A DNA stretch of 63,925 nucleotides, filler included, from Octopus bimaculoides (lineage: Eukaryota), in the NCBI RefSeq assembly GCF_001194135.2. It is 6 parts of 5 records of this genome, joined end to end, with 100 filler letters (N's around TTAATTAATTAA, not from the genome) between each part and the next. Parts side by side here need not be neighbours in the genome. Positions count along the whole stretch, not along the records: positions 34,332 to 40,598 come from NC_068988.1; positions 40,699 to 57,990 come from NC_068990.1; 4 more parts are not named here. One strand, written 5' to 3'. A model generated the notes under the pieces. The model saw nothing but the letters and a program-made list of their open reading frames with translations. It was not told the DNA's origin and made no database searches. The position numbers were made by a program, and so were the translations under genes. Below are positions 34,375-47,164 of the stretch, piece by piece; within the stretch, counting starts at the first letter, position 1; each line of letters opens with the position of its first letter.

Positions 34375-37300
34375 ATGTATGTATGTATGTATAAACCCTG
34401 CATCAGAGCGAAATTGTTTATTAGTGTACAGCACTTGTAGTTGTAATGTGTATGAAAAAATTAATTTATGTACTTAGAAAACGGCTTATGTAAGCGTACA
34501 TAATTACCTGTTAGGAAGACAAAAACGTCTGTACGCAAAAGTATTCGTTACAAGACATGAAAAGGTAAAAAATTCAGAGAAGCCAGCAATAAAACTAAAT
34601 GAACATCAACAAAGATTCTAAATGCTAGGGGTCAATGGTGAACATTTAAGGTCTGTTAATTAAAAAATTAAAAATAATGATGATGTAACACACCATAGAA
34701 CAAATGATATTTTTATAAACTATATAATTAATCTTACACAAAGTTTTAAATTTGGAGGCTAAAATTGTAACAAGGCAAGAAAACGTTGAACAATTTAAGA
34801 ATCAGGATCTCGACATCATTGGGTTTCAACCGAGTCCAGATGTTTCCTATTTTTTAACAGCTTGTTTGGAATCTATTTGGTATTTAAACTACATTTAAGA
34901 AAATAACTTATGTGCACTAATCATTTTACTGCCAACTTCATTTTATGACCAAATAAAATACACTTTCTTACCCAGATGAAATCTTGCTACTAATATTCTA
35001 CTTCATGTTAAAATTCTATTTTTTTAAGACAAAAAGTTAAATTTTCTGTGAGAATGTGTTCGTTGGCTTTTAAAACTATTTTCCGAGGATTATTTGAGAA
35101 TCTTCAATAATTCACTTAGCTCTTTAAAGTATATTTTGTGAAAAGAATTGATCTAACTGGGTTGCAGTAATCAAGAAATTTCATTTTAATATTCTCTTTG
35201 ATTTGTGAAATAAACTTACTTGTGTAAGAATTAGTTTCCCGCTTACCTGAGTTTGTGATATGGTTTCGATTATAATACCAAAGCTCGGAAACTCGATACA
35301 TATTGCTATAGTGTTAGAAAAGGTGTTACTATGTCTACTTCAATATCTAATCCTTAACGATTAGAGTCTTTGTGTCCGTTAAAAAGAACCATTAATATTA
35401 ATTCAGTTTTTCTTCAGTTTGAGAGACAAAAGAACGGAGAAATTTGATAACTATAAAATAGTATTTGATATTCAAAAATACTTTTTGAGATTCGGGATTC
35501 AGTTGTTTACAGAATTAAATACAAGTGGTAACGATAAGATGGACAATTTATTGCTATTTGCTCATGTGCTATCGTATTGCTCTACGTGTCTCGGTTCACT
35601 TAGCTGTTGGTATAGATAAAAGATATTTTGAAAATAGTTTTAGATGAGTGACCTCATTATTATACATTTCTGGATATGATAGATTTCAATTGACGTCACC
35701 ACACGTGTGAAGAGAGGAATATTTAGTTTTGAAATCTATACTTTTAAGAGGATGATTATTTACAAATTTCTGCTGGTGACCGAGAACATCATTTCTAGGG
35801 TACGAACTTAGCAACAATTCAACTAGGATATCATGACACTGATGATAATTTATTAAGATATTGCTGGGTAGCGGCTGTGGTAAAGCTGACCAAACCAGTG
35901 TTAATGATGTCCCAATTTTATCATTTGCGTAAAGATGCAATGATTAACAAAGTAATTCAAACTTTATGTACATTGGTGTGTAGATTTAGGTATGTGTGAG
36001 TATTTGAATGCAAAATATATTTGCTTATGCATAACATGTAAATGAGAATCACAATTTAAGATATCATGTGACATACACATAGTTGTATGGGTATTCATTT
36101 TGTGACTTCAAGTTATATGTTTTTTGGCACATGCGTTCGTATGTGAATGTAGACTCATATATATGGATAGAATGAACTCTCTTTACGCTGCTGTATTACG
36201 TCACGCTTCTTATGGTCACGCCTTTGCATTCCAAGGACAAGATTATCTATAAAACATTTGAATCCTTATTCTCTCTGTAAAAAAAGGTTTACTCTGCTGC
36301 GATTAGGTTTATGAGCAGCAGCTGCCCTTAGATGTTATCAGAGATAGCTATATTACTACAACAATACGCAAGACATATGAACGTTCAAAAACCTTCATGG
36401 AATATTTCCCTCAAACATTCTACTGAATTCTTATAAAACTAAACTGAAATGATATTTTGTAAGTGAAAATAATAAAACGTACAAATACCTTATTTAAAAT
36501 CAGCAAATTGTGACATTTTATACGAAGTTAAAAACGGGGTATACCATCAGAATATTAGACATAAGTGCTTCTGCTGATCATAGAATTAGTTTGCGCTGAT
36601 AGTAACTGAAGCACATGTCTTTTAGTTCAAATAAACCTTGAAGGTTAGAGCCATCAGTAAAAGTTGTGGTTTAATTCAATTCGAAGATAGGGCAGTAAAT
36701 AAATGGTTTTTTTTTTAAAGTTCATCATGTGACTATAGTTAGTTGTCTAAATGTCGTAGTGATATTAATAGTTTGTGTGTGTATAGGAACACTGAAAATA
36801 CCTATATAATTGCAGCACAGATTAAGGGTAGGCTATAATCGCATTCTCGGTGTAGAGAATATAAAACGATCTATAGTGAATAGAAACAACATTCTTGTAC
36901 GCACACATTTTACTTTATTAAGACTTATATTGAAATATACACATATGCTAATTGAGTGTGAAGGAATGTATGAAAACCAGTTAATCCATGCTTAATTCAT
37001 TACATTAACCATAAACACGATACGGTGACAGTATTGTACCTACTGTATCCAGAAAAGATTTAATGTGCTAGATATAACTAACAGGAAATAAATTCTTTAC
37101 TTTAAAAAAACTTTGAAAGCAAATGTTATTGCCTTGTTCGGCAATGATTTAATCTCACACGCAGTTAAAACATAATTCTTGAAATAGATAAGTTTAGTAG
37201 AATGGAATAGATAAGGCTGACATGAAGCACTGAAAGGGGTCGTTACAGATACTGATAAATAAACTGACACAACGTGAAGAAGCTTTAAAAAAATTACTGT

Positions 37301-37424
37301 TCTAATCTTTCTACAGTACAACAGCAATTTGCTTAGAGTGTGGTTTGATTCAGAATATCTGTTTAAACTTGTTCTATTGATAGTTGAGTATCTAACTGTA
37401 GCAGCATTCATACATGCATATGCA

Positions 37425-37486
<62 letters not shown>

Positions 37487-38036
37487 TGTTTGAGTGAGTG
37501 ANNNNNNNNNNNNNNNNNNNNNNNNNNNNNNNNNNNNNNNNNNNNNNNNNNNNNNNNNNNNNNNNNNNNNNNNNNNNNNNNNNNNNNNNNNNNNNNNNNN
37601 NNNNNNNNNNNNNNNNNNNNNNNNNNNNNNNNNNNNNNNNNNNNNNNNNNNNNNNNNNNNNNNNNNNNNNNNNNNNNNNNNNNNNNNNNNNNNNNNNNNN
37701 NNNNNNNNNNNNNNNNNNNNNNNNNNNNNNNNNNNNNNNNNNNNNNNNNNNNNNNNNNNNNNNNNNNNNNNNNNNNNNNNNNNNNNNNNNNNNNNNNNNN
37801 NNNNNNNNNNNNNNNNNNNNNNNNNNNNNNNNNNNNNNNNNNNNNNNNNNNNNNNNNNNNNNNNNNNNNNNNNNNNNNNNNNNNNNNNNNNNNNNNNNNN
37901 NNNNNNNNNNNNNNNNNNNNNNNNNNNNNNNNNNNNNNNNNNNNNNNNNNNNNNNNNNNNNNNNNNNNNNNNNNNNNNNNNNNNNNNNNNNNNNNNNNNN
38001 NNNNNNNNNNNNNNNNNNNNNNNNNNNNNNNNNNNN

Positions 38037-38100
<64 letters not shown>

Positions 38101-39789
38101 TGTTTGAGTGAGTGAGTCCATGTGTGTATGTGTGTGTGTGTGTAAATGTATCGATATACCATCAAAATATTAGACATAAGTGCCTCTACTGATCATAGAA
38201 TTACATTTTTACTGAGGATAATTGATACATTTGTCTTTCATTTCAACATGAAACAATATTCATCATTGCTACTGAAACAATTGTAGAAACATATTTTGAA
38301 CGAATTTACCTTTCCCGTCTTACATTATATATTCCTGCCTTTAGGCGTTAACTCTATACATGCAAGCTCAATTTGAATCGTTCTCAGTCGAATGACACCT
38401 GTTGTTACTTTTTGTTGTTTGTATTCATAATTTTGTACCATGACCTCCGTTTTTTTTTACTTGTTTATTTTTTTTTATTTTTTTTTTTTTTGTCTTTGTT
38501 GCCGTACACATTTTCTAGCTTTCTTACAAAGTGGTCTTAGACATTTTGGTGGGACAACCAGATCGAACCATCTTCTCAAGTGTAACTGTCTGAAATGGTC
38601 GTGACGTCTGGTATTTGACTGAAGAAAGAAAGCCAAGAATGACCCGTCTTTTTTGCCTGTCCTTCTAATTGTTGTTTCTCTTGTTCGTCTTTGTGTCGTC
38701 TATCTGTGCAAACGTTTAATGCCTTCTATTGCGTTTTTGTTCCATNNNNNNNNNNNNNNNNNNNNNNNNNNNNNNNNNNNNNNNNNNNNNNNNNNNNNNN
38801 NNNNNNNNNNNNNNNNNNNNNNNNNNNNNNNNNNNNNNNNNNNNNNNNNNNNNNNNNNNNNNNNNNNNNNNNNNNNNNNNNNNNNNNNNNNNNNNNNNNN
38901 NNNNNNNNNNNNNNNNNNNNNNNNNNNNNNNNNNNNNNNNNNNNNNNNNNNNNNNNNNNNNNNNNNNNNNNNNNNNNNNNNNNNNNNNNNNNNNNNNNNN
39001 NNNNNNNNNNNNNNNNNNNNNNNNNNNNNNNNNNNNNNNNNNNNNNNNNNNNNNNNNNNNNNNNNNNNNNNNNNNNNNNNNNNNNNNNNNNNNNNNNNNN
39101 NNNNNNNNNNNNNNNNNNNNNNNNNNNNNNNNNNNNNNNNNNNNNNNNNNNNNNNNNNNNNNNNNNNNNNNNNNNNNNNNNNNNNNNNNNNNNNNNNNNN
39201 NNNNNNNNNNNNNNNNNNNNNNNNNNNNNNNNNNNNNNNNNNNNNNNNNNNNNNNNNNNNNNNNNNNNNNNNNNNNNNNNNNNNNNNNNNNNNNNNNNNN
39301 NNNNNNNNNNNNNNNNNNNNNNNNNNNNNNNNNNNNNNNNNNNNNNNNNNNNNNNNNNNNNNNNNNNNNNNNNNNNNNNNNNNNNNNNNNNNNNNNNNNN
39401 NNNNNNNNNNNNNNNNNNNNNNNNNNNNNNNNNNNNNNNNNNNNNNNNNNNNNNNNNNNNNNNNNNNNNNNNNNNNNNNNNNNNNNNNNNNNNNNNNNNN
39501 NNNNNNNNNNNNNNNNNNNNNNNNNNNNNNNNNNNNNNNNNNNNNNNNNNNNNNNNNNNNNNNNNNNNNNNNNNNNNNNNNNNNNNNNNNNNNNNNNNNN
39601 NNNNNNNNNNNNNNNNNNNNNNNNNNNNATATATATATATATATATATACATACATATATATGTATATCTAAATATACATCTAAATATATCTAAATATAA
39701 ATATATATGTATATAAATATATATATATGAATATATCTACATACTTACATGTACATGCCTACATATATATGTATATATACATGCATATA

Positions 39790-40460
39790 TGGGTACAGGA
39801 CGTCAAAAGAAAGTGAACAAAATGAGAAACGAGAACATAAAAGACAAAATCATGCAAAACTAACACTTTTTCCAACAACAAAAGAAACAAACAGCGAAAC
39901 GAGACAGACAACATAAAGAATATTCCCTTCATCAGTTGTCCAATTTTCTATCTACTCCCCATTTCCAAGGTAGGGACAAGACGCGACTTCGTTAAAACAG
40001 TCCCTCCCGCAAAGCAAATTAAATAAAATTTAGGATATTTTGCGGAGGGTTAAGATGATAACAACAGTAGGAAAGTAAGAACTAAACAGTAAAAAAAAAC
40101 CGTGAAGGCTGTAAGCCATAACGAGCAGAACGCTGGCAAAACGAGCTTTGAGAAGAGAGAGCCAAAAGCACGCCTTGTCTTTATTAAGGAAGTGGAAGAA
40201 AGAAAGATAGATGGTCGTTGGTCACGTGTGAGCAACGAGAGATTCAAGGAGGAAGCGTGAGAAAGACAGAGGGGGAACGGTGATGGAGAAAGGAGAAGAA
40301 TTAGAGAAACGGTAGGAGAGAAGAACAGAAAGGAAGAAGAACAAGAGAGGGAGATAGACTAGATATAGGTTGTAGAGTGCGCATCGGAATTATTAAGACA
40401 AAACTCACTTGGAAATGGATGCGTGACGTTCAATCATATAATAATATAAATAATATATAT
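39790..40460. mobile_element. second member of the (TA)n-anchored family seen at 16683
   Basis: Shared ATATGGGTA..GGA.GTCA start and ACATAAAGAA..CCCTTCATCAGTTGTC..CTATCTAC block. Confidence 0.55.
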
Positions 40461-40563
40461 ATGCATATATGCACATATATATGTACATGCCTACATATAT
40501 ATGTATATATACATGCATATATGGGAACACGACGTCAAAATATATAAATAAATATATATATGA

Positions 40564-40598
<35 letters not shown>

Positions 40599-41172
40599 NN
40601 NNNNNNNNNNNNNNNNNNNNNNNNNNNNNNNNNNNNNNNNNNTTAATTAATTAANNNNNNNNNNNNNNNNNNNNNNNNNNNNNNNNNNNNNNNNNNNNAA
40701 ATTCTACCACCTCCTAGATTTCAATTATCTCCACTATACCGGAAGAAATCCCTAATTACCTCCCCCTATCTAGAACTCTTCTTTCTCAGACTGGAGCGAA
40801 CACGCTACAATGAAGTAGAGAAATTTGAAAAGACAACACGAAACCGGTTATTTCTCAAAATACAATGTTTATATACCAAAAAGATTTTATAACATTTTTC
40901 TAACATTTTTCTAACATTTTTCTGACATAATTTAAATATATACTTTAACCATGTAACACAAGCCTTCTGTAGTTTTTTCACTCTTATTATCTTTTATATA
41001 TATATACATTTATATACATAAGTATGCATAAGTATATACGCATATATATACATTCACACATTTACATATACACACATGCAAACACACACACATATTTATA
41101 CGATATATACGTACAGGCATATGCACACACGCATACCATCTGCATACGTGCGCGCGCACGCACACACACACT

Positions 41173-41204
<32 letters not shown>

Positions 41205-41859
41205 TATACACATACATACACATATGCGTTTAATGTGTTAATGTTGTGTAGCCGTGTTATCTCTAGAGTACGGTGTTGCGGAACCAACGTGACGGTAATG
41301 AACATGTCTGGTGTCTGATGTCTGTGGCCTGATCCATTACTGACACATTACCATTTTTCATGTATGTATGGAACTTCACACGTGTGTGTGTGTCTGTGTG
41401 TAAACGCCCGCGCGTAAAACACCAGTACATTTCAACTGTTGTTCTAATGACTTCTCTGACGACGGAAACATTAAACTTCTTTTTATTGCTAACACAGAAT
41501 GTCCCAACTGTGCACTTGCGACAGACAGCCCTGGTCTTGTTCATTACGCCGAGCTGATCTATTATACTTGCACATACACAGGCACATTCAAATATACGGT
41601 CTCACTATTTATCTATCCATTGCACACGTGATTACTCACCACTCTCTAATAATTCCTTACTCTCTCTCTCCAACGTACTTTCATTGTCTGTTTTTCTCTA
41701 TCTCTTTAACACTTTTTCTCACTCTCCCTTCTCACTCTCTTTGTTTGTCAAACACGCACACACAGACAGACACACACACACACACACACACACACGCATC
41801 TATTTACTCATCTCACTCATCGTATCTCCTCCCTATTATACACCCTTTCTCACTATCTT

Positions 41860-42365
41860 TCATCTCCCCCTCTCTCTCTACTCCCCCTCTCTCTCTACTC
41901 CCCCTCTCTCTCTACTCCCCCNNNNNNNNNNNNNNNNNNNNNNNNNNNNNNNNNNNNNNNNNNNNNNNNNNNNNNNNNNNNNNNNNNNNNNNNNNNNNNN
42001 NNNNNNNNNNNNNNNNNNNNNNNNNNNNNNNNNNNNNNNNNNNNNNNNNNNNNNNNNNNNNNNNNNNNNNNNNNNNNNNNNNNNNNNNNNNNNNNNNNNN
42101 NNNNNNNNNNNNNNNNNNNNNNNNNNNNNNNNNNNNNNNNNNNNNNNNNNNNNNNNNNNNNNNNNNNNNNNNNNNNNNNNNNNNNNNNNNNNNNNNNNNN
42201 NNNNNNNNNNNNNNNNNNNNNNNNNNNNNNNNNNNNNNNNNNNNNNNNNNNNNNNNNNNNNNNNNNNNNNNNNNNNNNNNNNNNNNNNCCCCCTCTCTCT
42301 CTACTCCCCCTCTCTCTCTACTGCCCCTCCCTCTCTATCCCCCCTCTCTCTATCCCCCTCTCTCT
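41860..42365. repeat. ~15-bp pyrimidine minisatellite (CTCTCTCTACTCCCC)n spanning an N gap
   Basis: Units visible on both sides of the gap. Confidence 0.85.
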
Positions 42366-42739
42366 AACACATAACTATCTGTTTCCTCTCAGCCCTCTTA
42401 CACGTTTCTTCCCCACACACCTATCAATTTTTCTTTCTCAGTTTCTCTTCACTCTCCATCTTCTAGCACATACATGTTCTCCCTCAGCAATGTATTTCCT
42501 AACTCCTCCTCCTCCTTCTCCTTCCCTTTTCGCCTCCTCTCTTCGCCTCCTCTCTTCGCCTCCTCTCTTCACCTCTCTCCCCTCCTACCCCCTCTTCATG
42601 TTTCTGCCCCCTCACCCTCTCGGCCCTTTCTTTATTAGACTGACCGGGTATTTTATTCATATGCTTCGCTTTTCTATCCTGTTTTTTTCACTCTCAAGTC
42701 AACTCTACTTTATCATTTACCTTTTATATGCTTCATTCA

Positions 42740-42890
42740 CTGAACTGCGGCCATGTTGGGGCACCGTCTCGAAAAGTTTTGCTTTCTCTTGTTTTTAAAG
42801 ACTGGTGCTTATTGTATCGGCCCTATCCTCTGTGCTATGGGATTCAACCTGGAAGTTTGGAAACAAACTGCTTGCCACACAGCCATGTGT
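42740..42890 (-). mobile_element. SINE family A, internally deleted remnant
   Basis: ACTGCGGCCATGTTGGGGCACCG and head TGCTTGCCACACAGCCATG. Confidence 0.6.
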
Positions 42891-42926
42891 GTATGAGTAT
42901 GTATGTATGTATGTATGTATGTATGT

Positions 42927-43717
42927 CATTGTTCAGTTTTATTTCAAGATTTCTTGCCAATAGAGAAAGAGCCAGTTTCTAACCTAGATTCAAGGCTCCT
43001 TCATTGGAATCTCAACATCAACAACAGGTATTCTATTATTGTTTGTATGTACGAATGTATGTGCAGATTTGTATGTTTTGCTTTATGTATGTGCTCTCGT
43101 GCATGTAGTTGCATATTTAGACATGCTCACATATATTTAAATGATAAACTTCTGGAAAGTTTTACAGATTTTTACAGTTCCAGTGATGGATTTGATCTGT
43201 AGTCTTCAAATTAGCTTTCTACTTTTCTGGTTTTGAGAAGTGTAATTTCTCAAGATTGGTATTTAGGCAGTGTTACATATCCAAGGGCACCAATAATTAC
43301 AGGTATAAACCTGAACTTGTATTCTGTATAGAGTAACTGCAGATTTCTCAATAGTTCAGCATAGATGTTCTCTTTTTCAGTGATCTTCAGCTTTATGTTA
43401 ACATCTGCTGGGCAGCTAATTTCCACAACTGTGCACAGTTCTCTATCCCAAATCATTATATCAGATGTGTTGTGCTTACATATTATTGAGGTCTCCACTG
43501 GGACATTCCACCAGTATTCCTTTTTATTATGAGTGGCTATGGCTTCTACATCCTGTGGGTTCTTATTTCTTTGTCCTCAGGGTTATCCTTCCGACGGATT
43601 TCATTACAGAGTGTCCTAGCAACAACATCGTGTCTCATCGGTAGATAATACCATGGTGATATTTTCGGACAACTGCTTATGATGTGGGTGATATCTTCGA
43701 TGTTTGTATGTATTATG
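42927..43717 (-). mobile_element. 5'-truncated RLE LINE (zinc-knuckle remnant, PD-(D/E)xK-type endonuclease, 3' UTR) ending in (CATA)n
   Basis: IEDITHIISSCP..YLPMRHDVVAR / EYWWNVPV..KHNTSDIMIWD..VVEISCPAD..KENIYAEL..FIPVIIGALG / RLQIKSITGTVKICKTF; the UTR ends AATAAAACTGAACAATGA then (CATA)n at 42898-42926. Confidence 0.85.
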
Positions 43718-44168
43718 NNNNNNNNNNNNNNNNNNNNNNNNNNNNNNNNNNNNNNNNNNNNNNNNNNNNNNNNNNNNNNNNNNNNNNNNNNNNNNNNNNN
43801 NNNNNNNNNNNNNNNNNNNNNNNNNNNNNNNNNNNNNNNNNNNNNNNNNNNNNNNNNNNNNNNNNNNNNNNNNNNNNNNNNNNNNNNNNNNNNNNNNNNN
43901 NNNNNNNNNNNNNNNNNNNNNNNNNNNNNNNNNNNNNTATCAACAAAATAAACAGTGAAAGTACCAGACATATTCACAGAAAATATTACTAGGTTGACAT
44001 TCCAGAAAGAATGAAAGAGTAAAAGTTATCATCTTTCAGACATGGTCCTTCATCAGGTTGATACAGGAGAAAAGTCCAGGTAAAAATAGGTAAGAGAAAG
44101 GAAAGAAGAAGACAGGAAACAAAATGAAAGAACCAAGAAAAAGTTCACGTGGGTTAGTGTCACATACT

Positions 44169-44213
<45 letters not shown>

Positions 44214-44478
44214 AACAACTCGACGGCAATATGTGTATATGCATGTGAGCGTGTGTGTATGTATATGAAGGAAAGTAGAGATTACATAAGCCTAAGCGAA
44301 TATCTCTTTAAGCATTCTCTAGGAATAGAATACGGCAAACTAAATAGTCCAGTTATTGGTACAGTAATCGGCGCCTGATGTTATTTGTTTTGCTTGTGAT
44401 AAGTTCAATTTGTAAACCCGAAATCGAATCGCCTATTAAATTCGGTGTATTAATCATAGAGTGTTTTAGAAATAAAAA

Positions 44479-44817
44479 AAATGAAGAAACATTGTCAACG
44501 ATTTATTTTGCTTACATGTGTTTCAAATAGCATGACACGATGCAAGCTCGGCTCATTGTAGTATACATATTAAATCGATCCTTCATTTGGTCGGGTAAAT
44601 GGCCCTAGATACATAGTATGTAGCTGCCATGCTGTTCTTGTCAAATCCTTTGAAAAAATTGCATGGCAGCTACATGCTTTGTTTGTATCTATGGCTATTT
44701 CGTCGACCAAATGAAAGATCGATTAAATACGTATACTGCAATGTGTAGCGATTGCGTGGTGCCATGCCAGTTGAAACACGTGTAAGCTAAAGAAATCATT
44801 GATGATAATTCTTCGTT
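44479..44817. repeat. foldback element or MITE with ~155-bp imperfect arms and a 28-bp spacer
   Basis: 44479-44632 is complementary to 44661-44817, with a near-perfect inner ATGTAGCTGCCATGC/GCATGGCAGCTACAT. Confidence 0.85.
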
Positions 44818-44839
44818 GCTTGTTTTCTCTTTTATTTTT

Positions 44840-44862
44840 CTTTCTTTCTTTTTTCTTTCTCC

Positions 44863-44953
<91 letters not shown>

Positions 44954-44954
44954 T
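44840..44954. repeat. (TTTC)n microsatellite
   Basis: Direct inspection. Confidence 0.95.
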
Positions 44955-45314
44955 NNNNNNNNNNNNNNNNNNNNNNNNNNNNNNNNNNNNNNNNNNNNNN
45001 NNNNNNNNNNNNNNNNNNNNNNNNNNNNNNNNNNNNNNNNNNNNNNNNNNNNNNNNNNNNNNNNNNNNNNNNNNNNNNNNNNNNNNNNNNNNNNNNNNNN
45101 NNNNNNNNNNNNNNNNNNNNNNNNNNNNNNNNNNNNNNNNNNNNNNNNNNNNNNNNNNNNNNNNNNNNNNNNNNNNNNNNNNNNNNNNNNNNNNNNNNNN
45201 NNNNNNNNNNNNNNNNNNNNNNNNNNNNNNNNNNNNNNNNNNNNNNNNNNNNNNNNNNNNNNNNNNNNNNNNNNNNNNNNNNNNNNNNNNNNNNNNNNNN
45301 NNNNNNNNNNNNNN

Positions 45315-45348
<34 letters not shown>

Positions 45349-45351
<3 letters not shown>

Positions 45352-45606
45352 TAACGTGAGTGGCTGAGCACGCCACAAATAGCCATGTACCCTTAATGTA
45401 GTTCTCAGGAAGATTCAGCGTGACATAGAGTGTGACAAGGCTTGCTCCTTTGAAATACAGATACTACTCATTTTTGCCAGCTGAGTGGACTGGAGCAACA
45501 TGAAACAAAGTGTCTTACTCAAGGGCAGAACGCATCGCGGGGAATTGAACTCACGACCTTACGATAGTGAGCCAAGTACCCTAACCACTAAGTCACGCGC
45601 CTTCAC
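45349..45606 (-). mobile_element. tRNA-derived SINE sharing a 3' module with family E but with a different core
   Basis: Minus strand: A box TGACTTAGTGG, B box GAGTTCAATTCCC, core CCTTGAGTAAGACACTT..GCTCCAGTCCACTCAGCTG, then TATTTCAAAGG..CCTTGTCACACT..GTCACGCTGAAT..GAGAACTAC..AAGGGTACA as at 27237-27335. Confidence 0.8.
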
Positions 45607-45639
45607 TTTTGCATGTGTATAAATAAATATACATACTCT

Positions 45640-45830
45640 TTTACACGTTTCAGTCATTTGACTGCGGCCACTCAGGAACTCCGCCTTTTGTCGAAGAAAT
45701 CGACCCCAATATTTTTTCTTTGTAAGCCTATTACTTATTCTATCGACCTCTTATGCCGAACCGCTAAATTTCGGGGACATAAACACACCAACATCGGTTG
45801 TCAAGCGATGGCGGAGGGACAAACACAGAC
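45640..45830 (-). mobile_element. SINE family A 3' half
   Basis: TTTCAGTCATTTGACTGCGGCCA, ATCGACCCC, GCCGAACCGCTAA. Confidence 0.8.
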
Positions 45831-46695
45831 ACATATATATATGTATGTGTGCATGTATGTATGTATGTATGTATGTATGTATGTATGTATGTATGTATGT
45901 ATGTATGTATNNNNNNNNNNNNNNNNNNNNNNNNNNNNNNNNNNNNNNNNNNNNNNNNNNNNNNNNNNNNNNNNNNNNNNNNNNNNNNNNNNNNNNNNNN
46001 NNNNNNNNNNNNNNNNNNNNNNNNNNNNNNNNNNNNNNNNNNNNNNNNNNNNNNNNNNNNNNNNNNNNNNNNNNNNNNNNNNNNNNNNNNNNNNNNNNNN
46101 NNNNNNNNNNNNNNNNNNNNNNNNNNNNNNNNNNNNNNNNNNNNNNNNNNNNNNNNNNNNNNNNNNNNNNNNNNNNNNNNNNNNNNNNNNNNNNNNNNNN
46201 NNNNNNNNNNNNNNNNNNNNNNNNNNNNNNNNNNNNNNNNNNNNNNNNNNNNNNNNNNNNNNNNNNNNNNNNNNNNNNNNNNNNNNNNNNNNNNNNNNNN
46301 NNNNNNNNNNNNNNNNNNNNNNNNNNNNNNNNNNNNNNNNNNNNNNNNNNNNNNNNNNNNNNNNNNNNNNNNNNNNNNNNNNNNNNNNNNNNNNNNNNNN
46401 NNNNNNNNNNNNNNNNNNNNNNNNNNNNNNNNNNNNNNNNNNNNNNNNNNNNNNNNNNNNNNNNNNNNNNNNNNNNNNNNNNNNNNNNNNNNNNNNNNNN
46501 NNNNNNNNNNNNNNNNNNNNNNNNNNNNNNNNNNNNNNNNNNNNNNNNNNNNNNNNNNNNNNNNNNNNNNNNNNNNNNNNTACAGCCAGACGTGAAGTGT
46601 GTATGTCTCGAACGCTGTGAAGCACGTACAGGAGGGGCAAAGAAGTACGTGCGAGCTTAGTGATTCCAAGAACGAAAAGAAATAGCAGCCGCACA

Positions 46696-46738
<43 letters not shown>

Positions 46739-46739
<1 letters not shown>

Positions 46740-46870
46740 TAGCTGACGTACCCGGTAATTCCCGGGAAAGCGGAGCTTATTCCTTGGTTCCGTTCTCATA
46801 ATTGTAAACATCCTGAAATACGAAAACAAATGAGTTCAAGTAAGTTTAACTTAGTATTTTTGATGTGACT
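46739..46870 (-). mobile_element. Helitron 3' terminus
   Basis: Minus strand CCCGG-GAATTA-CCGGG hairpin, 12 nt ending CTAG, followed by T; inner boundary not determined. Confidence 0.65.
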
Positions 46871-47164
46871 CTACTCTATACTGTTTTCTCCCCCATCGTT
46901 TTCTCTCTCATCATTTCACTAATTCCCTTTTTTCTCACCTTCACCGTTTTCTATCTGTCTCTATCCCTCTCCCTCTCTGTCTCCTTTTCTCTCTCTCGTT
47001 ACTCATACGTAACCATCATCCATCTTTCTTTTCTTCACGTGATCATCTTTCTTTTCTTTCAGGACTGTCCTAAGGACTGGACGTATCCTATCTCTCTTTT
47101 CTATCTTTTCTCCTATCAAAGAAAATATTTATCCAGCGTTCGCTATTTTACTCACGTTCTGGTC

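Noticed and set aside
37478-38115. Direct repeat TATGTGTGTGTTTGAGTGAGTGA on both sides of a gap
   Set aside because: Most simply overlapping contig ends around an unresolved (TG)n repeat
38653-39716. Long ORFs of 200-340 aa in the ORF track (also around 10, 28, 30, 37.5, 42, 45 and 46 kb)
   Set aside because: They consist of N gaps translated as X plus microsatellite-derived low-complexity residues
41440-41560. piggyBac-like Cys-rich tail (NKTRAVCRKCTVGTFC) on the minus strand, and a CTGACGACGGAAA hammerhead-like string
   Set aside because: Too short, no flanking transposase motifs or TTAA ends; no room for stem II in the RNA motif
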